Below, one piece after another: positions 12,125 through 25,974 of a stretch of DNA of 64,000 bases. The notes beneath the pieces are model-generated. The model worked only from the letters and a program-made list of their open reading frames with translations. It had not been told where the DNA came from and ran no database searches. The first letter of the stretch is position 1; the number at the start of each line of letters is the position of its first letter. Where the stretch lies: positions 8,122,001 through 8,186,000 of the forward strand of contig NC_043003.1 in assembly GCF_006345805.1 (NCBI RefSeq), written 5' to 3'. Made by a program: the position numbers and the translations under genes. This DNA comes from Octopus sinensis (lineage: Eukaryota).

Positions 12125-13053
12125 ATTTTAATGAGACGGCGTACAAAAATTTCAAATAGCCTAAACAAACAGATTGAAAGCAGTGAAAAGTCCCGCCTGA
12201 AAATAAAACTGTTGGAAATTGAAAAATGTCTGCAACTCTCCCATGAAAAGGAAAGAGCAGACAAAGAAGCCTGGGCTATAGACAACATAAAATCTAACCC
12301 CAGAGCTTTCTACAGGTATGCCAAAGAAACAGCTACGGTGCACTGTAGGATAAGGCCACTCCTTGAAAAGGATGGCACACTTACAGGAAAACCAATGAGG
12401 GTAAGTGAAATACTGAATGAGCAATTCAAGAGTGTTTTCACTCCACCCCTCGGGCATTTCCAAATCACCAATCCAACTGACTTCTTTACCACTGCAGATA
12501 TAAAATCAGAGGCGGCGACGATAATTACATCGATATAAAGGAAGACGATGTAATAAAGGCCATAGATGAAATGAAAACAGACTCAGCTATTGGCCCTGAT
12601 GGATTCCCGGCAATCCTCCTAAAAGTATGTAAGAGAGTCCTAGCAAGACCACTGCAGATCCTCTTTCAGAGCTTCCTTGCAGCTGGCAAACTTCCAAAAA
12701 AACTGAAGGAAGGTAAAATATGCCCTATTCATAAAGGAGGTAGCAGAGCAGAGGCCAAGAACTACAGACCTATCTCTCTGACCTCACACATCAGCAAGGT
12801 CATGGAACGAATAGTCAGAAGGAAACTAATCACCTTCCTTGAAGAAAATGACTTGCTGCCTGACACCCAACATGGTTTCCGACCAGGAAGAAGCTGCTTA
12901 ACTCAGCTCCTACAACACTATGACTGGGTGCTGAAACAACTGCTCAACCACTCAAATGTAGAAGTCATATATCTCGACTTTGCAAAGGCTTTTGATAAAG
13001 TCGATCATGGAATGATATGTCACAAACTGCGTGATCTTGGCATAGTTGGCAAG
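12125..13053 (+). pseudogene. CR1-group LINE ORF2 fragment (linker plus N-terminal half of RT), one frameshift near 12520
   Basis: GPDGFP, KNYRPISLTSHISKVMERI, QHGFRPGRSCLTQLL and YLDFAKAFDKVDH. Truncated before YADD. Confidence 0.93.
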
Positions 13054-13112
13054 TTTCGTTGCTCTACTGCTATAGGAAGTGGGTCAGGGGCATTACTTAT
13101 TGAACGCCCCTC

Positions 13113-13158
<46 letters not shown>

Positions 13159-13176
13159 GTATGTATATATATATAC

Positions 13177-13219
<43 letters not shown>

Positions 13220-14284
13220 TATACGATGAATTATCTCAAATATATGAGAGGCGAGTGCAGAGCCCCTTTAAAAAAAATAGTTCATTAAGAAGAAATGTTT
13301 GTCTCGTGACGCCTGTTTCGAAGTCATACAATTTTTAGCTGAGAACTCTTGATATTTCGATAGGACGGGATACTTATACTTGATGGTGATAACGCTTTTT
13401 TTTTGTATATTTCTAATATATTTCATTTGTTAAATTCGTTATATTTAATTTGTTTGCCTTTTGCTCTTGCTGATTGGCTGTTATTTCCATCCTTAACAAC
13501 GTTAAATCGGGCGGCGTTGAGATTCTTTCCTTTTTCTTTTATTGTGTGGGAGCGTGTTTTTAACTAGATCTTTGGACTTTCCAATTAATCTCATTAAGGT
13601 TGTTTATTATGGTGTGCTTATTTCGTTAAGATTTTGTTTTGTGTCGGAATATAATTGTAAAATTTATTCGTTTGGACTAGATAAGGGAATTTAAATGATT
13701 TACTTGTTTGTGAGTGAATTTAACTGTAAAACTAAATGGAGACATTTATTTATAGAGGAATTATTAGCATTTCCTACTTGATTGAATTGGTGTGGCTTGT
13801 AGACGGAGTTTGTTAAACTAATTAAAGACTTTTTTTTTTATTTCAATGGGACATTGTTTTTACTTTTAATTATAATTCCTTACACGCGTTCGTATGCATT
13901 GTTGTTGCCAATTTTTCTTCTAGTGTTCGTATAATTGTCTGGTCTGGACTCAAACATTCTGAATTTTATTTTGGTTACTTTTGACTTTTTACCATTAACG
14001 TCGGCTTGCTATGGCTTGTTGATTATCTATTAAGCTGATTAAAGCGTTTCTATTTTTTTTTATCTGTATAGTTTATTGAAGGTTTCAAAGGGAGGTTGTT
14101 TGCACGCGTGTGAACGTGTACATATATGCGTATGTGGGCATGTGTGTGTGTATATGTGCGTATGTGCGTGGGTGTAGCGAACAGTATTTTTCTTGTATGT
14201 GGTTAAGTATGCTTGTAAATGCAAGTTCGTGTGCTTTGGTATAGGGTTGATGTCTTTGTTTGTGTGTGCACATGTATTCTTTCA

Positions 14285-14665
14285 TTATTTTATTCTTTTA
14301 CTGGCTTCAATCATTTGACTGCGGCCAAGCTGGAGCACCGCCTTTAATCGAGCAAATCGACCCCAGGACTTATTCTTTGTAAACGTAGTACTTATTCTAT
14401 CAGTCCCTTTTTACCGAACCACTAAGTTACGGGGACGTAAACACACCAACATCGGTTGTCAAAAGCTGGTAAGGGGGGTACAAACACAGACACACACAAA
14501 TATAGGCGCAGGAGTGGCTGTGTGGTAAATAGCTTGCTTAGCAACCACATAGTTCTGGGTTCAGTTCCACTGCGAGACACCTTGGGTGACTTCTACTATA
14601 GCCTCGAGCCGACCAATGCCTTGTAGGTGGATTTGGTAGACGGAAACTGAAAGAAGCCCGTTGTG
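14285..14665. mobile_element. SINE family A with its 5' half inverted relative to its 3' half
   Basis: 3' half on minus at 14285-14500; complete 5' half on plus at 14505-14665. Confidence 0.85.
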
Positions 14666-14686
14666 TGTATATATATATATATGTAT

Positions 14687-14989
14687 ATACAAAATAAGAA
14701 CATGGAGGAATAGATTCCTTTCAATCATCAACTTCCAAATAATACCAATTCATATAATTTATTAACTAATTAATTAAATTAAATAGGAACATCCAAATCC
14801 AACAGAATAAGACAGAATAAAACAATATACATCAATTAGTATATTTCTTATTGATGTATATTGTTTTATTCTGTTGGATTTGGATGTTCCAATTTAATTT
14901 AATTAATTAGTTAATAAATTATATGAATTGGTATTATCTGGAAGTTGATGATTGAAAGGAATCTATTCCTCCATTTTCTTATTTTGTAT
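14687..14989. repeat. Near-perfect inverted repeat, about 140 bp arms and 15 bp spacer
   Basis: ATACAAAATAAGAA..ATACATCAAT / ATTGATGTAT..TTCTTATTTTGTAT. Starts at (TA)n; probably a Penelope inverted end. Confidence 0.9.
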
Positions 14990-15204
14990 TATGAATTTGC
15001 GGTAAAACATTTTACCTTCGCCCATATAATACAATAAATGAACTGATTGCATTGCAATTGTAAGCATTTATGTATTAGCCTTTTGGGTACTTCACTGGCA
15101 GTATATTGGATAAATGATATCCCATAGTGGATTACATTCATAACCCCTATCTCACTTTGTACTATATATATATATACGTGTGTGTGTATGTGTGTGTTTA
15201 TACA

Positions 15205-15435
15205 TATTCTCTTATTCTTTTCTTATTTTATTTGTTTCAGTCAGTTGACTGTGTCCATGCTGGAGCACCGCCTTAAAGGGTGTTATTCGACAGAAATCAA
15301 TCCCAGAACTTATTCTCAGCAAGCCTAGTACTGATTCTATAGGTCTCTACGGGGATATAAACACACCAGCATCGATTGTCAAGCGATGGCGGGTGGGTGG
15401 ACAAATACAGACACACAAATATATACATATACATA
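15205..15435 (-). mobile_element. SINE family A, 3' half
   Basis: CATGCTGGAGCACCGCC..ACACACCAGCATCG. Confidence 0.85.
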
Positions 15436-15619
15436 TGTACTTCGAGTTGCGCCGATAAAATTTAATTATATCGCGTCTTCTCGAAGTTCCTATCAAATAT
15501 GTTATTATGGATGAAGGAATTTGAATGATTGCTAGTGTAGAACGCTTGTCATGTATACAGAAGATGGGAGTTCGAGTGCCACGAGCGGCCTTCGATTTTC
15601 TATCCAATATTTACAGCTT

Positions 15620-16240
15620 ATGTGAGCTGGCAGAAACGTCAGGACGCCGGGCGAAATGCTTAGCGGTTTTTCATCTGTCTTTATATTCTGAGTTCAAATT
15701 CCGTCGAGGTGGACTTTGCCTTTCATCCTTTCGGAGTCGATGAATTAAATAACAGTTGCGTACTGTGGTTGATCTAATCGACTGGCCCTCTCCCCCAAAA
15801 TTTCGGGTCCTGAGCCTAGAGTAGAAAATAATATTTATAGCGTATGCGAGCGGGCAGAAACGTTAGCACGCCGGGTGAAATGCTTAGCGGTATTTCGTCT
15901 GCCGTTACGTTCTGTGTTCAGATTCCGCCTAGGTCGACTTTGCCTTTCATCCTTTCGGGGTCGATTAAATAATTACCAGTTACGCATGGGGTCGTTATAA
16001 TCGACTTAATCCATTTGTCTATCCTTGTTTGTCCTCTCTGTGTTTAGCCCCTTATGGATAGTCAAGAAATAAGTATTTCGTCCGTCTTTATGTTCAGAGT
16101 TCAAACTCCGCCGTGGTCGATTTTGCCTTTCATCCTTTCGGAGTCGATGAAGTAAGTACCTGTTACGTACTGGGGTAGATCTAGTTGTGTTACCTCCTCC
16201 CCCAAAATTTCGGGCCTTGTGCCTAGAGTAGAAATGAATA
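15620..16240 (+). mobile_element. Tandem SINE family B cluster (three units)
   Basis: Repeated GTTCAAAT/GTTCAGAT..TTTGCCTTTCATCCTTTCGG units. Confidence 0.88.
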
Positions 16241-16649
16241 TTTACAGCTTATTTTTCTTAACATCGACTGCTTCGAATTACAAATTATTTCACGTTCTCT
16301 CAACATTTGTAACTTATTATGATGTAAGCAACTAAACAAAGGCTTCATAAGAAATCATACACAATAAAAAGAAATTCATAATGATTAAGTGGGTTGAAAG
16401 TTTATATTTAATATAGTGTCTTATGATGAAAACAAATTTGTCGATTGTGTTTTGTAATCAATACGTACCTCGAAAGAAAATCATGAAACATTAAGAAAAT
16501 TCATTTATAATTCTTCTGATAGATTGACATCTTGAGTGCTTGTGTTTACTGGAAAATAATAGTGTTATATTAAAGCAATTAATTATGAAATACTTGTATC
16601 AAGTTTTATATTTCTATCTTCTTGAGCGGATGTAATGAAGTAATACTGC

Positions 16650-17220
16650 AGACGCGTGTCTAAATGGTTAGGATATTCGGATCAAGATTGTGAAAAAGAT
16701 AGTTCGATTTCTGGTGGCTCTATGCGTCCTTGAGCAAGACACTTTATTTCACGTTGTTTCAGTCCAATCAGCCGGCAAAAATGAGTAGGACCTTTAGTTC
16801 AAAGGGGCCAGACTTGTCACATTCTTTGTCATGCTGGGTCTCTCTGAGAATTACATTAAGTGTACACGTGTCAGTGGTATGGTCAGTCACTTGCACGTTG
16901 ATTTCCCGAACATGCTGTTCCATTAATCGGATCAGCTGGAATCCTTGATGTCGCAACCGACGGAGCACCAGTTTAATGCAGTAATATTTTAGTTTCCTTA
17001 AGGCTGCGAGCTGGCAGAAACGTTAGCACACCAGCTGAAATACTTAGCGGTGTTTCATCCGTCTTTACGTTCTGAGTTCAAATACCGCCGAGGTCGACTT
17101 GGCCTTTTATCATTTCGGAGTCGATAAATTATGTACCAGTTGCGGACTGGGGTCGATGTAATCGACTGGCCCTCTCCTACCAAAATCTCGAGCCTTGTGC
17201 CTCGAGTAGAAAAGAATATT
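16650..17220 (+). mobile_element. SINE C (16650-16970) followed by SINE B (17000-17220)
   Basis: Family-diagnostic motifs as above. Confidence 0.82.
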
Positions 17221-18600
17221 TTAGATTCTGTAGGAACTAAACCCGATTAAAAGTGGCAAAGAAAGTAAATCTGCTCATATTTTATTTATTTCAAACACAG
17301 GATGAGTTGAATTTCGGCAGAGAAAATAATGGTTTTTTGATTCCGACACAAGACCAGCAGTTTTTGAGGAGAGGACATGAGTCAATTACATCACCCCCAG
17401 TATTCAACAGGTACTTATTTCAACGACCCCTGCTTGATTCACTATTATCTGATTGTTTGAATGTAATTTAATCATAAATAAACATAACCTTCTTGTATGA
17501 AGCCATTTTTAAAATGCAAAGCGCAAAAACAATTTATAGCCATCAGTCCTTGTGCCCGATTGGTTGTATGCGTAGCAATTAGAGAAATAACATATCTCGA
17601 TAACCAGAGCTGATGGGGAAAAGCTGATGGCATATTTAGAATCAGCAACCAAACTTGCCCTAAAATCCATTCGATTTTGTTGGTCTTTCTAGCAGCTAAA
17701 CAATTTATACAAAAGCTTTAATTGATCCCTATTGCATTGCAGCAAAATAATCTGTTTTATTATATACCACATAAATGTATATTCCACAAAAACTCTGTAA
17801 AACTAGAACTAACATCCAAGTTGGGCGACACAACATTGCGGATAATATTTTGAGAGTCCATTTCAGAGTTTTCCAAACTCTGAATTCCTTTACAAAATAT
17901 ACAGGTCATCATTTTCTCCTCTCCTAAATATAATGCCATGTAAAACAAATGAATACGTCTCCATTTCACACGACAACGTTGATAAATGTCAATGTTTCCG
18001 AGAAAAAGGAGAAACACTGCAATCAGGAAAGGTGAATCTTCTGAGAACAATGGAATCCAGATTTTAAATTGCATTGAAAATCCACTGACATTTCGGAGTT
18101 TGTTATTGGGCTATTTACTTACAAAGGGAATAGTATTTCAATTGTACGTTGCAATGCTGGCAGAACATTTCATATGCGTGGCAGGACGAAAAACAATCAA
18201 ATCGAGATTTGGAAATAAGAGAAACAGGTTTAAACGTATCTGCATTTTCCGTCTACTTAATAACTCTTTCATGAATAAAAACAGAAGCAAGTGAAGAGCA
18301 AGTAATTGCGTAACATTCTTGTCTTCTAATAAATTGTAGACGGAATATAAAGCCTGTTGTCTTCCAAAAAACACAAGCTTCTTACCGTACACTCGAAAAA
18401 CCTCACTTCTCATGCAACAGGCATCTTTTATCAGGAGCGATGTTGCCATGTCTCACTCACTCACGCACTGTGTTTGTTTCTCTCTGCCTCTGTCTCTCTT
18501 TCTCTCTTCCTTATTCTACTCATATATCTATATATATATATATACACATACATATATATATATATACACTATATATATATATATTATATATATATATACA

Positions 18601-18639
<39 letters not shown>

Positions 18640-18692
18640 GTATGCATGTTTATGTATGTATGTGTATATATATAATATATATATATATATAT

Positions 18693-18766
<74 letters not shown>

Positions 18767-19015
18767 CGTGTGTGTGTGTGTGTGTTACATTGCTACTGAC
18801 AGATACGGAACCGGCACCAGTTAAGGATAGAATTCTACAGGGTTGCTTCTGTAACGAAGTAAGTAGATTTTGCATTAAATATCAAAGATATTCTGCTCCT
18901 TAGTTTTGTCAGAATAAAAATGACAGTATACCTCCATTTGTTTCAACTTAGATTATTTGCACTTCATATAAACGCTATATATATGTATATATATGTTATA
19001 TATATATATACACAC

Positions 19016-19069
<54 letters not shown>

Positions 19070-19089
19070 AGAGAGAGAGAGAGAGATAG

Positions 19090-19120
<31 letters not shown>

Positions 19121-19286
19121 GATAGATAGATAGATAGGTATGCGCATACATATGGTGTGTGCAGACACACACATTTACATATATATAATATACATGTTTG
19201 TGTATGTGTGTATTTAACAGATGAAATCAGGATATTCTCTGCGGATCGTTCCACAAGGTGAGGAAAGGCTATAAGAGGGCTCAGGT

Positions 19287-19328
<42 letters not shown>

Positions 19329-19862
19329 TATATAATAAACAGAGTAGATATTTTTATGTGCAACTATTTTCATGTGCTGAGGACGTTGGTGTCCCAGCGC
19401 AATTATCAGACACTGCCCACAATGCATAACGAACTGAAAATGGAGCGAAATAAAAAGCGAGAAAAGGCGAGAAGGAAATATATATATAAAAGGTGGAACG
19501 TTGAAAAACCAGAAAACAAAATATAAATCACAAAGAATCAAAAGGATTTGGGAAGAGTTAATTCCCTTAAATCGCAAATTATAAAGCTGAAAAGGTAATG
19601 GCTGTGAGCCTATGGTAAAGTTATTCAATCTAATAAGGGAGGCAATTTCCAATTCGTCAATAGGAACTTAGTTATATATTTACAACTGCTGAAAATTTCG
19701 GTTCCAAAACCCAACAGTGAGTTAGAGTTCTTGGATGAGAAAAGGATCCGATTTCTTTCAGCTACGCATAACTTAATTTTTTATTCATATAACATAGATT
19801 ATTTTTTACTATTTTCACTTTATCATATGTGGTGTGACATTATGGTAGTACATAAAAACAGA

Positions 19863-20743
19863 TACGAACTTTGATCAACAAGTATCTGAACTGTTGCCAT
19901 AGCAACAATATTAAATCATGCAGGGTAAAACTGCTCGGTGTAGAATGACCTTGATGTCTGTTGTGCGTGCGCTCTAAGTTTTAACGTTCTAGCTCACTGT
20001 TACTGCTTACAGCAGTGCTTGGAAGGAAGGTGCGTAGCTTGTGATCGTCACATTGACCATGACAGAGGAAGTTGTCATGGCGATACCTGCTCAGAGTCCT
20101 ACGCAAGTTTGAAGAAAGTGTATGGAGAGGAGTGTATGAGCCGCAAACATTTCTACGAGCGGTTCAGACGTTTCCAATATGGCCGAAAAACATGTCGGCA
20201 TTTACGAACATTCTGTGAGACGCGCAACCAGCAGAACTGAGAGAACCATTGCCGATGTACGTGCAGCTGTGAGGGGAATTCGCCGAATCACCATCCGTGA
20301 GTTATCAGAGGATGGGCAGATTAGTTACGGTTCAGTTCATTCCATTATCGCTGACGATTTGGGTATGAGAAACGTGTCTGCCAAGTTTGAGTCAAAACTG
20401 CTTTCAGTTGACCAAAAAGACACTCGGATTTCAGTTGGACAAGGTCACCTTGATTGAACCGAGAACGATGAGAACTTTTTGAACTCTGCGCAGCCCTCTG
20501 AGCAGGTATCGCCAAGCTTTTGGCAAAATTTTATTCCGATTCTCTCCTCAACTTTTTTGTCATGATCAATGCAACGATCACACGCTACACACCTTCCTTC
20601 AAAGCAATGTTGTAAATTGCGGAAATAAGCTAGAACGTTAAAACAGAGTGCGCATGTACAGCAGAGATCAAGTGGTTTAACTCTGTTTACTTTAGCTTCG
20701 TTACTATTGCAACAGTCCGGATACTTATTAATAAGTCCACGTA
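19863..20743. mobile_element. Composite mariner relic: two left ends in inverted orientation
   Basis: Plus: GDTCSESYASLKKVYGEECMSR..F.RFQYGR and RRITIREL..SYGSVHSII..MRNVSAKF.SKLL. Minus: KKVEERIGIKFCQKLGDTCSE. TA-CG..AAGTATC.G.ACTGTTGC at both ends. Confidence 0.85.
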
Positions 20744-21096
20744 TTGTGCTTATTAAATAAGAATCATCTCTCACCAGATGGAGTACTTTTTTGCCGATCA
20801 CGGAAGAATACATACGCCATGCAGGTTTTTCCAACTAAATGTTAATCCTCTACCAACATCAAACACCGCGTGACTTTCCTCAACCAATCGCAGCCCAACT
20901 CACGGTAATAACAATCATCTGTCATTCAAATTTGACTCAAACTGTTTTGATCTATACATTTTCAACACACACACACACACACATATAGTATCGGGTTTCA
21001 AAACACAGAGATATGATGGATACAAATTAATTTATTAATTAATTACCATATTCACCTACAGTTGTTTAATTTCTCAACCCAAATGAAAACTACAAT

Positions 21097-21140
<44 letters not shown>

Positions 21141-21159
21141 TATATATATATATATATAT

Positions 21160-21300
21160 ACGGTAGCTTCGTCTACCAAATCCATTCACAAGGCTTTGCT
21201 CGGCCCGAGGCTATAGTGGAAGACATTTGTCCAAGGTGCCATGCTGTGGGCCTGATGTGATTGGAAAGCAAGCTACTTACAACACAGTCACTCCTGCGCC
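21160..21300 (-). mobile_element. SINE family A, 5' half
   Basis: CTCCTGCGCC head end; AAGGCTTTG..GGCCCGAGGCTATAG. Confidence 0.82.
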
Positions 21301-21311
21301 AATGAATGGAA

Positions 21312-21426
21312 TGCTTACAGCACCAAGGTTTCACCAGCGGTCACCCATCTAAGTACTAACTAGGCTCAATGTTGCTTAACTTCGGTGATCAGACAAGAAC
21401 CGCTGCTTTCAACGTGAGATAGCCGT
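21312..21426 (-). rRNA. 5S rRNA pseudogene (near full length, diverged)
   Basis: Minus: ACGGCTATCTCACGTTGAAAGCAGCGGTTCTTGTCTGATCACCGAAGTTAAGCAAC..GTTAGTACTTAGATGGGTGACCGC..GGTGCTGTAAGC. Matches metazoan 5S with boxes A and C; no oligo-T terminator. Confidence 0.88.
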
Positions 21427-21427
21427 G

Positions 21428-21779
<352 letters not shown>

Positions 21780-22317
21780 CTCATTTTGGTATATATTATG
21801 TATATATATATATATATTTATATTTAATATATACCAAAATGAGATTATATTTAGGTTAATGTAAATATGGATATGTCACTGTCTGTGAAATATGATCATA
21901 TTGCAGAAAGATAGCCAATGATGAAATATGATTCTAATAATAACTTGTCGTTCGGATTTATGACAATAAATGCCTGCCGTTATTCCTTTAACAACTTAAG
22001 AATTAGGAGATAAATAATCTTCGTCATGACACTAACAATATATAGCATTTAAATATTCATTCGATGTCATTCTAATGAGAAAAGATTGAAATAAAATAGT
22101 TCAGAGATTATATAGTTTCTAAGCAGCGCAGCTTTGAAATCGGACTGTAGGATTGTACACACGCGCACACACACACGATATGAGCTCACAGAGATACACA
22201 CGCATGCGCACGTAATTATATGCTTACATTCGTTAATGTATTTCGAATGTAATGTATTATGGAAATATATTCTTGGTGTTTATACTAATAACCATGAGTT
22301 AAATACACATCTATTTA

Positions 22318-22722
22318 TTCTACTCTTTTACTTGTTTCAGTCATTTGACTGCGGCCATGCTGGAGCACCGCCTTTAGTCGCGCAAATCGACCTCGGGACT
22401 TATTCTTTGTAAGCCCAGTATTTATTCTATCGTTCTCTTTTGCCGAACCGCTAAGTGACGGCGACGTAAACACACCAGCATCGGTTGTCAAGCAATGCTA
22501 GGGGGACAAACACAGACACACAAACATATACACACACTTATATATATATACATATATACGACAGGCTTCTTTCAGTTTCCGTCTACCAGATTCACTCACA
22601 AGGCTTTGGTCGGCCCGGGGCTATAGCAGAAGACACTTGCCCAAGATGCCACGCAGTGGGACTGAACCCAGAACCATATGGTTGGTTAGCAAGCTACTTA
22701 CCACACAGCCACTCCTGCGCCT
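22318..22722 (-). mobile_element. SINE family A, full length
   Basis: Nearly identical to 61310-61743. Confidence 0.92.
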
Positions 22723-22851
22723 ATTTACATCCATATATGAAAACATACATTGTAATCAGACATATACACGATATTCATTATGTAGTATATATATATATAT
22801 ATATATATATATGCTACATTATATTCATTATGTAGTATATATATATATATA

Positions 22852-24450
22852 CTCTTTCAGCCATGCGGCTGTGGTCATGCTGGAGCACAACCATGGTCTT
22901 TCTGACTTCCTCAGTTTGGGTGTTTCACATCACCACTCCTATATGTACCTTTGTCCCAGCTGTTGGTTCATCCGGTATTGCGGAGAGGAGGATGTCTAGT
23001 TCCTCTTTGAAGATATCTACTTCCACCTTATGCAAATTTGTTAATTTTTGTCGCACGGCATGGAAGAGCTGTGGGCCTTCGAACTCTAGACTATTGCAGT
23101 AACCGCTCCTAAATTTAGACGGAGTGGATGGCACCAAAGGTACTATACAATGGCGGCCAGTTCTGGCATTTGTATAACACTCAATGCCAAAGTCATGTAC
23201 TAGCTTCTCTAGAGTTTTCCATATCTATATGATTGCCTATCTCCATCTCCATCGCTCCAGGAAGTAAAGTTGGAGCTTTCTCAGCCTATCCCTGTAGCTT
23301 ATCTGCTGCGCTGTTTCAATCTTTTTAGTGTAGTGGCGTTGGACTGCTTTAAGCTCCGCTGTTAGTTTGGCACTATGCGGTGACTATAACCGTGAGCAGT
23401 AGTCGAGGCGGCTGAGGACAAAACTTCACCACAGGATCAAAATAATTTCTTGAACTCTTGTCTTGAAGGACCTCAGTATTCATCCTGCCACTTGTCTGCA
23501 CTTTGCTGCCATCTTGCTAATGTGCATATAAAATGATGCGTCATTGTACGTATTGATCCCCAAGTCTTTTACTGCTTGTGACTCTGGGATTGTAGTGCCT
23601 TAGCGTCCTGTATATGTAGATTGTAATGTATTCATGAGTTGATCGTGCAGAGATTAAAAATGTCCAGCATTGAACTACATATTGTTTATTTGGCATACTT
23701 GTATATTGAATTTAGGTTCCCTTGTAAACTTGACATCATGTTACTTTTTTATTGCCTGTGATAATTTAGTATCGTCAGCATAGCTAGTGACAGTGGCTGT
23801 CCGATTGACCGTGGACATGTCTAAAAGGGCTATTATGCACACTAATGGCACTAGAACAGTTCCCTTTGGGACACCACTTAGGATTTGAGTTTCCTCAGGC
23901 TGCAGCTACCTGACTTCTGTTTTTAAGGAAGTCATGCAGCCACCGTCCCAGTTTATCAGCAATGCCAAGGTCTCGTAGCTTATGACGTATCATGCCATGA
24001 TTTATCTTATCAAATGCCTTTGCAAAGTCAAGGTATATCACGCTGACATCTGAATGGTCAAGCAGCTGTTTCACAACCCAGTCATATTACTGTGTAATGC
24101 AGCGTCTTCCTGGACGGAAGCCATGCTGTGTATTGTTCAGTGAGTCATTTTCTTTTAGGAACATCATCAACTGCTTTCTGATGATTCGTTCCATGTCTTT
24201 CCCGATATGTGAGGTCAGACGGATTGGATTTTAGTTTTTAGCCTCTCCTCTGCTTCCACCTTTGTGGATAGGGCATATCATGCCTTCTTTCAGCTTTTTA
24301 GGAAGTATACCATTTGCAAGGAAACTTTGGAAAAGAATCTGAAGTGGTTTCGCTAAAGCCTGCTTACATGACTAGGAGAACAGCTGGAAGGCCATCAGAA
24401 CCAGTGGCGGAGCATGAGCTTATTTCATGTATGGCCGCTGGTACATCTGT
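22852..24450 (-). pseudogene. 5'-truncated CR1-group LINE (RT domain to 3' end), degenerate
   Basis: Minus: HGFRPGRRC, YLDFAKAFDK, GVPKGTVL, YADD (23771-23782), FKEELD.LL..IPDEP, then 3' hairpin tail. Several stops and indels. Confidence 0.92.
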
Positions 24451-24792
24451 TATATATATCTAAATATATATATATATCATACATTTAATTTACAAAGCTT
24501 ATATTTTTATATGGTACCATCTCTGTCCGATCTAAGTATCTAAGAATATATGTATATAGATACGGAAAAAGCAGTTGGAGATGTGGAGATGCACTGGGAT
24601 TCGTTTAGATTTTTCAGTTACACATTTTTTTAAGATAGATTCTCTGATTTTCAAAACCCGAGATAAAAAGACGTGGAACTCTGGTGCAACTTCCTTGCCT
24701 CTGATTAGAATTCAAAAATTATCTTGTTTTTATAGAGAGAACACAGTTCAAATTAGTATATGTTTTGGATATGTTGTGATTGGTGGAGGGTG

Positions 24793-25025
24793 ATCACGTG
24801 ATTAGGCTTTGAAATTTTTCTCAGTGCCTCGCTACAATCGTTCTTTAATGTCATGTGACAATGTTTGGCGGCGTAAGTTAAAGCTGTCACTGTCAAATAA
24901 TCATCATACTAGAGAAATATCACGTGATTGGCCTCAGGAAATTTTTGCACGTTTACCACTATATTCGTATGTTAATATCATGTGACTATCTTGTTTGGCG
25001 TCGAAAACTAAGACTGACACGGTTG
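24793..25025. repeat. Diverged tandem pair, about 125 bp unit
   Basis: ATCACGTGATT..GAAATTTTT..TCATGTGAC..TGTTTGGCG twice. Confidence 0.7.
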
Positions 25026-25149
25026 AGTGAACATGTCTAAATTTAGAGAGCCTGGTTTGAGGACTGTCGCGAGAAAACATACATTCAAAATAATAATTAT
25101 AGTATGCATACCAATATAGAATGTATACATATTTATATATATGTATATA

Positions 25150-25330
25150 TAAAGGGAAAGTTTACGAAAATAAACAAAAGACGAAGACAGGTGGTGTACA
25201 AAACAAACAGATGTATTAGTATAGCGCTCAGGGATAGAAAAAGTTTTTTACGTTTCGAGCCTACGCTCTTCTACAGAAAGGTACACAGAAAAAACAAGGA
25301 GAGAAAAAATGTGTGTAGTGGCTAACGATC
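25150..25330 (-). mobile_element. Short Penelope-like repeat with minimal hammerhead (25244-25281)
   Basis: Minus: UUU-CUGUAGA-a-GAGC guag GCUC-GAAA-CG-UA-AAA. TA repeats on both sides. Confidence 0.75.
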
Positions 25331-25539
25331 TATATATATATATATATATATACTTATACATGTAGAGTTTTCTCCACATAAACACAGACAGACAGACACA
25401 GACAGACACACACACACACATACATATACACACACACATATATACATGCACACACACATACGATGAAAGTAAAATCGTCACACCTATGAAAACAGAACTA
25501 CTTCACGAGTAAGTTATTTAGGAAGACGTAAATACTCTT

Positions 25540-25960
25540 AAGCGTAACAGGCCAGATATTATTGTTTGGGACAGAGGAACAAAGGTATGTAGCATCATAG
25601 AGGCTAGCTGTCCTGCACGTATAAATATTTCTTTGAAAATCAAAGAAAAATAGGATATCTTTAGACAGCTGCTCCGAAACCACCACCTTCTATATCCAGA
25701 CTATGAATTCATATTCATACCAATAATAAATGGAGCACTAGATCTTGTTAGCAAATGCTTGGATACATTGGGGTTTTTAGAAATAGAAACTGACCGGCTG
25801 ATTGGTACATTACAAGTGTAATCTGTGAGTGGAACAGTAGAAATATGCAAGACTTTTTTTAAGTTCCAACTGTGAACTTGTCTGTGCTAACTACATCCCA
25901 AAGACGGTGTGCCATATCATTGTTGGAAACCGGCTCCCTCATCAGTGGAAAATATAATAA
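25540..25960 (+). pseudogene. R4/Dong-type non-LTR element 3' end (restriction-like endonuclease plus 3' UTR)
   Basis: Frame from 25540: KRNRPDIIVWDRGTKVCSIIEASCP..KIKEK*..L...FIPIINGAL..GTVEICKTFFKF*. PD-(D/E)xK-type REL motif with two internal stops. Confidence 0.85.
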
Positions 25961-25974
25961 TTAAAAAATAGAAG

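Noticed and set aside
13053-13338. C-terminal part of the 255 aa ORF as a real RT extension
   Set aside because: RT similarity stops at about 13053; the rest is read-through into an unrelated fragment and (TA)n.
13240-14050. Penelope GIY-YIG remnant on minus (KQCPIE..NSVYK, FRHK)
   Set aside because: Too degenerate to support by eye; needs tBLASTn or HMM.
17500-18300. ORFs 17760-18074 and 17986-18294 as host exons
   Set aside because: No recognisable domain; probably a decayed DNA transposon that I cannot classify.
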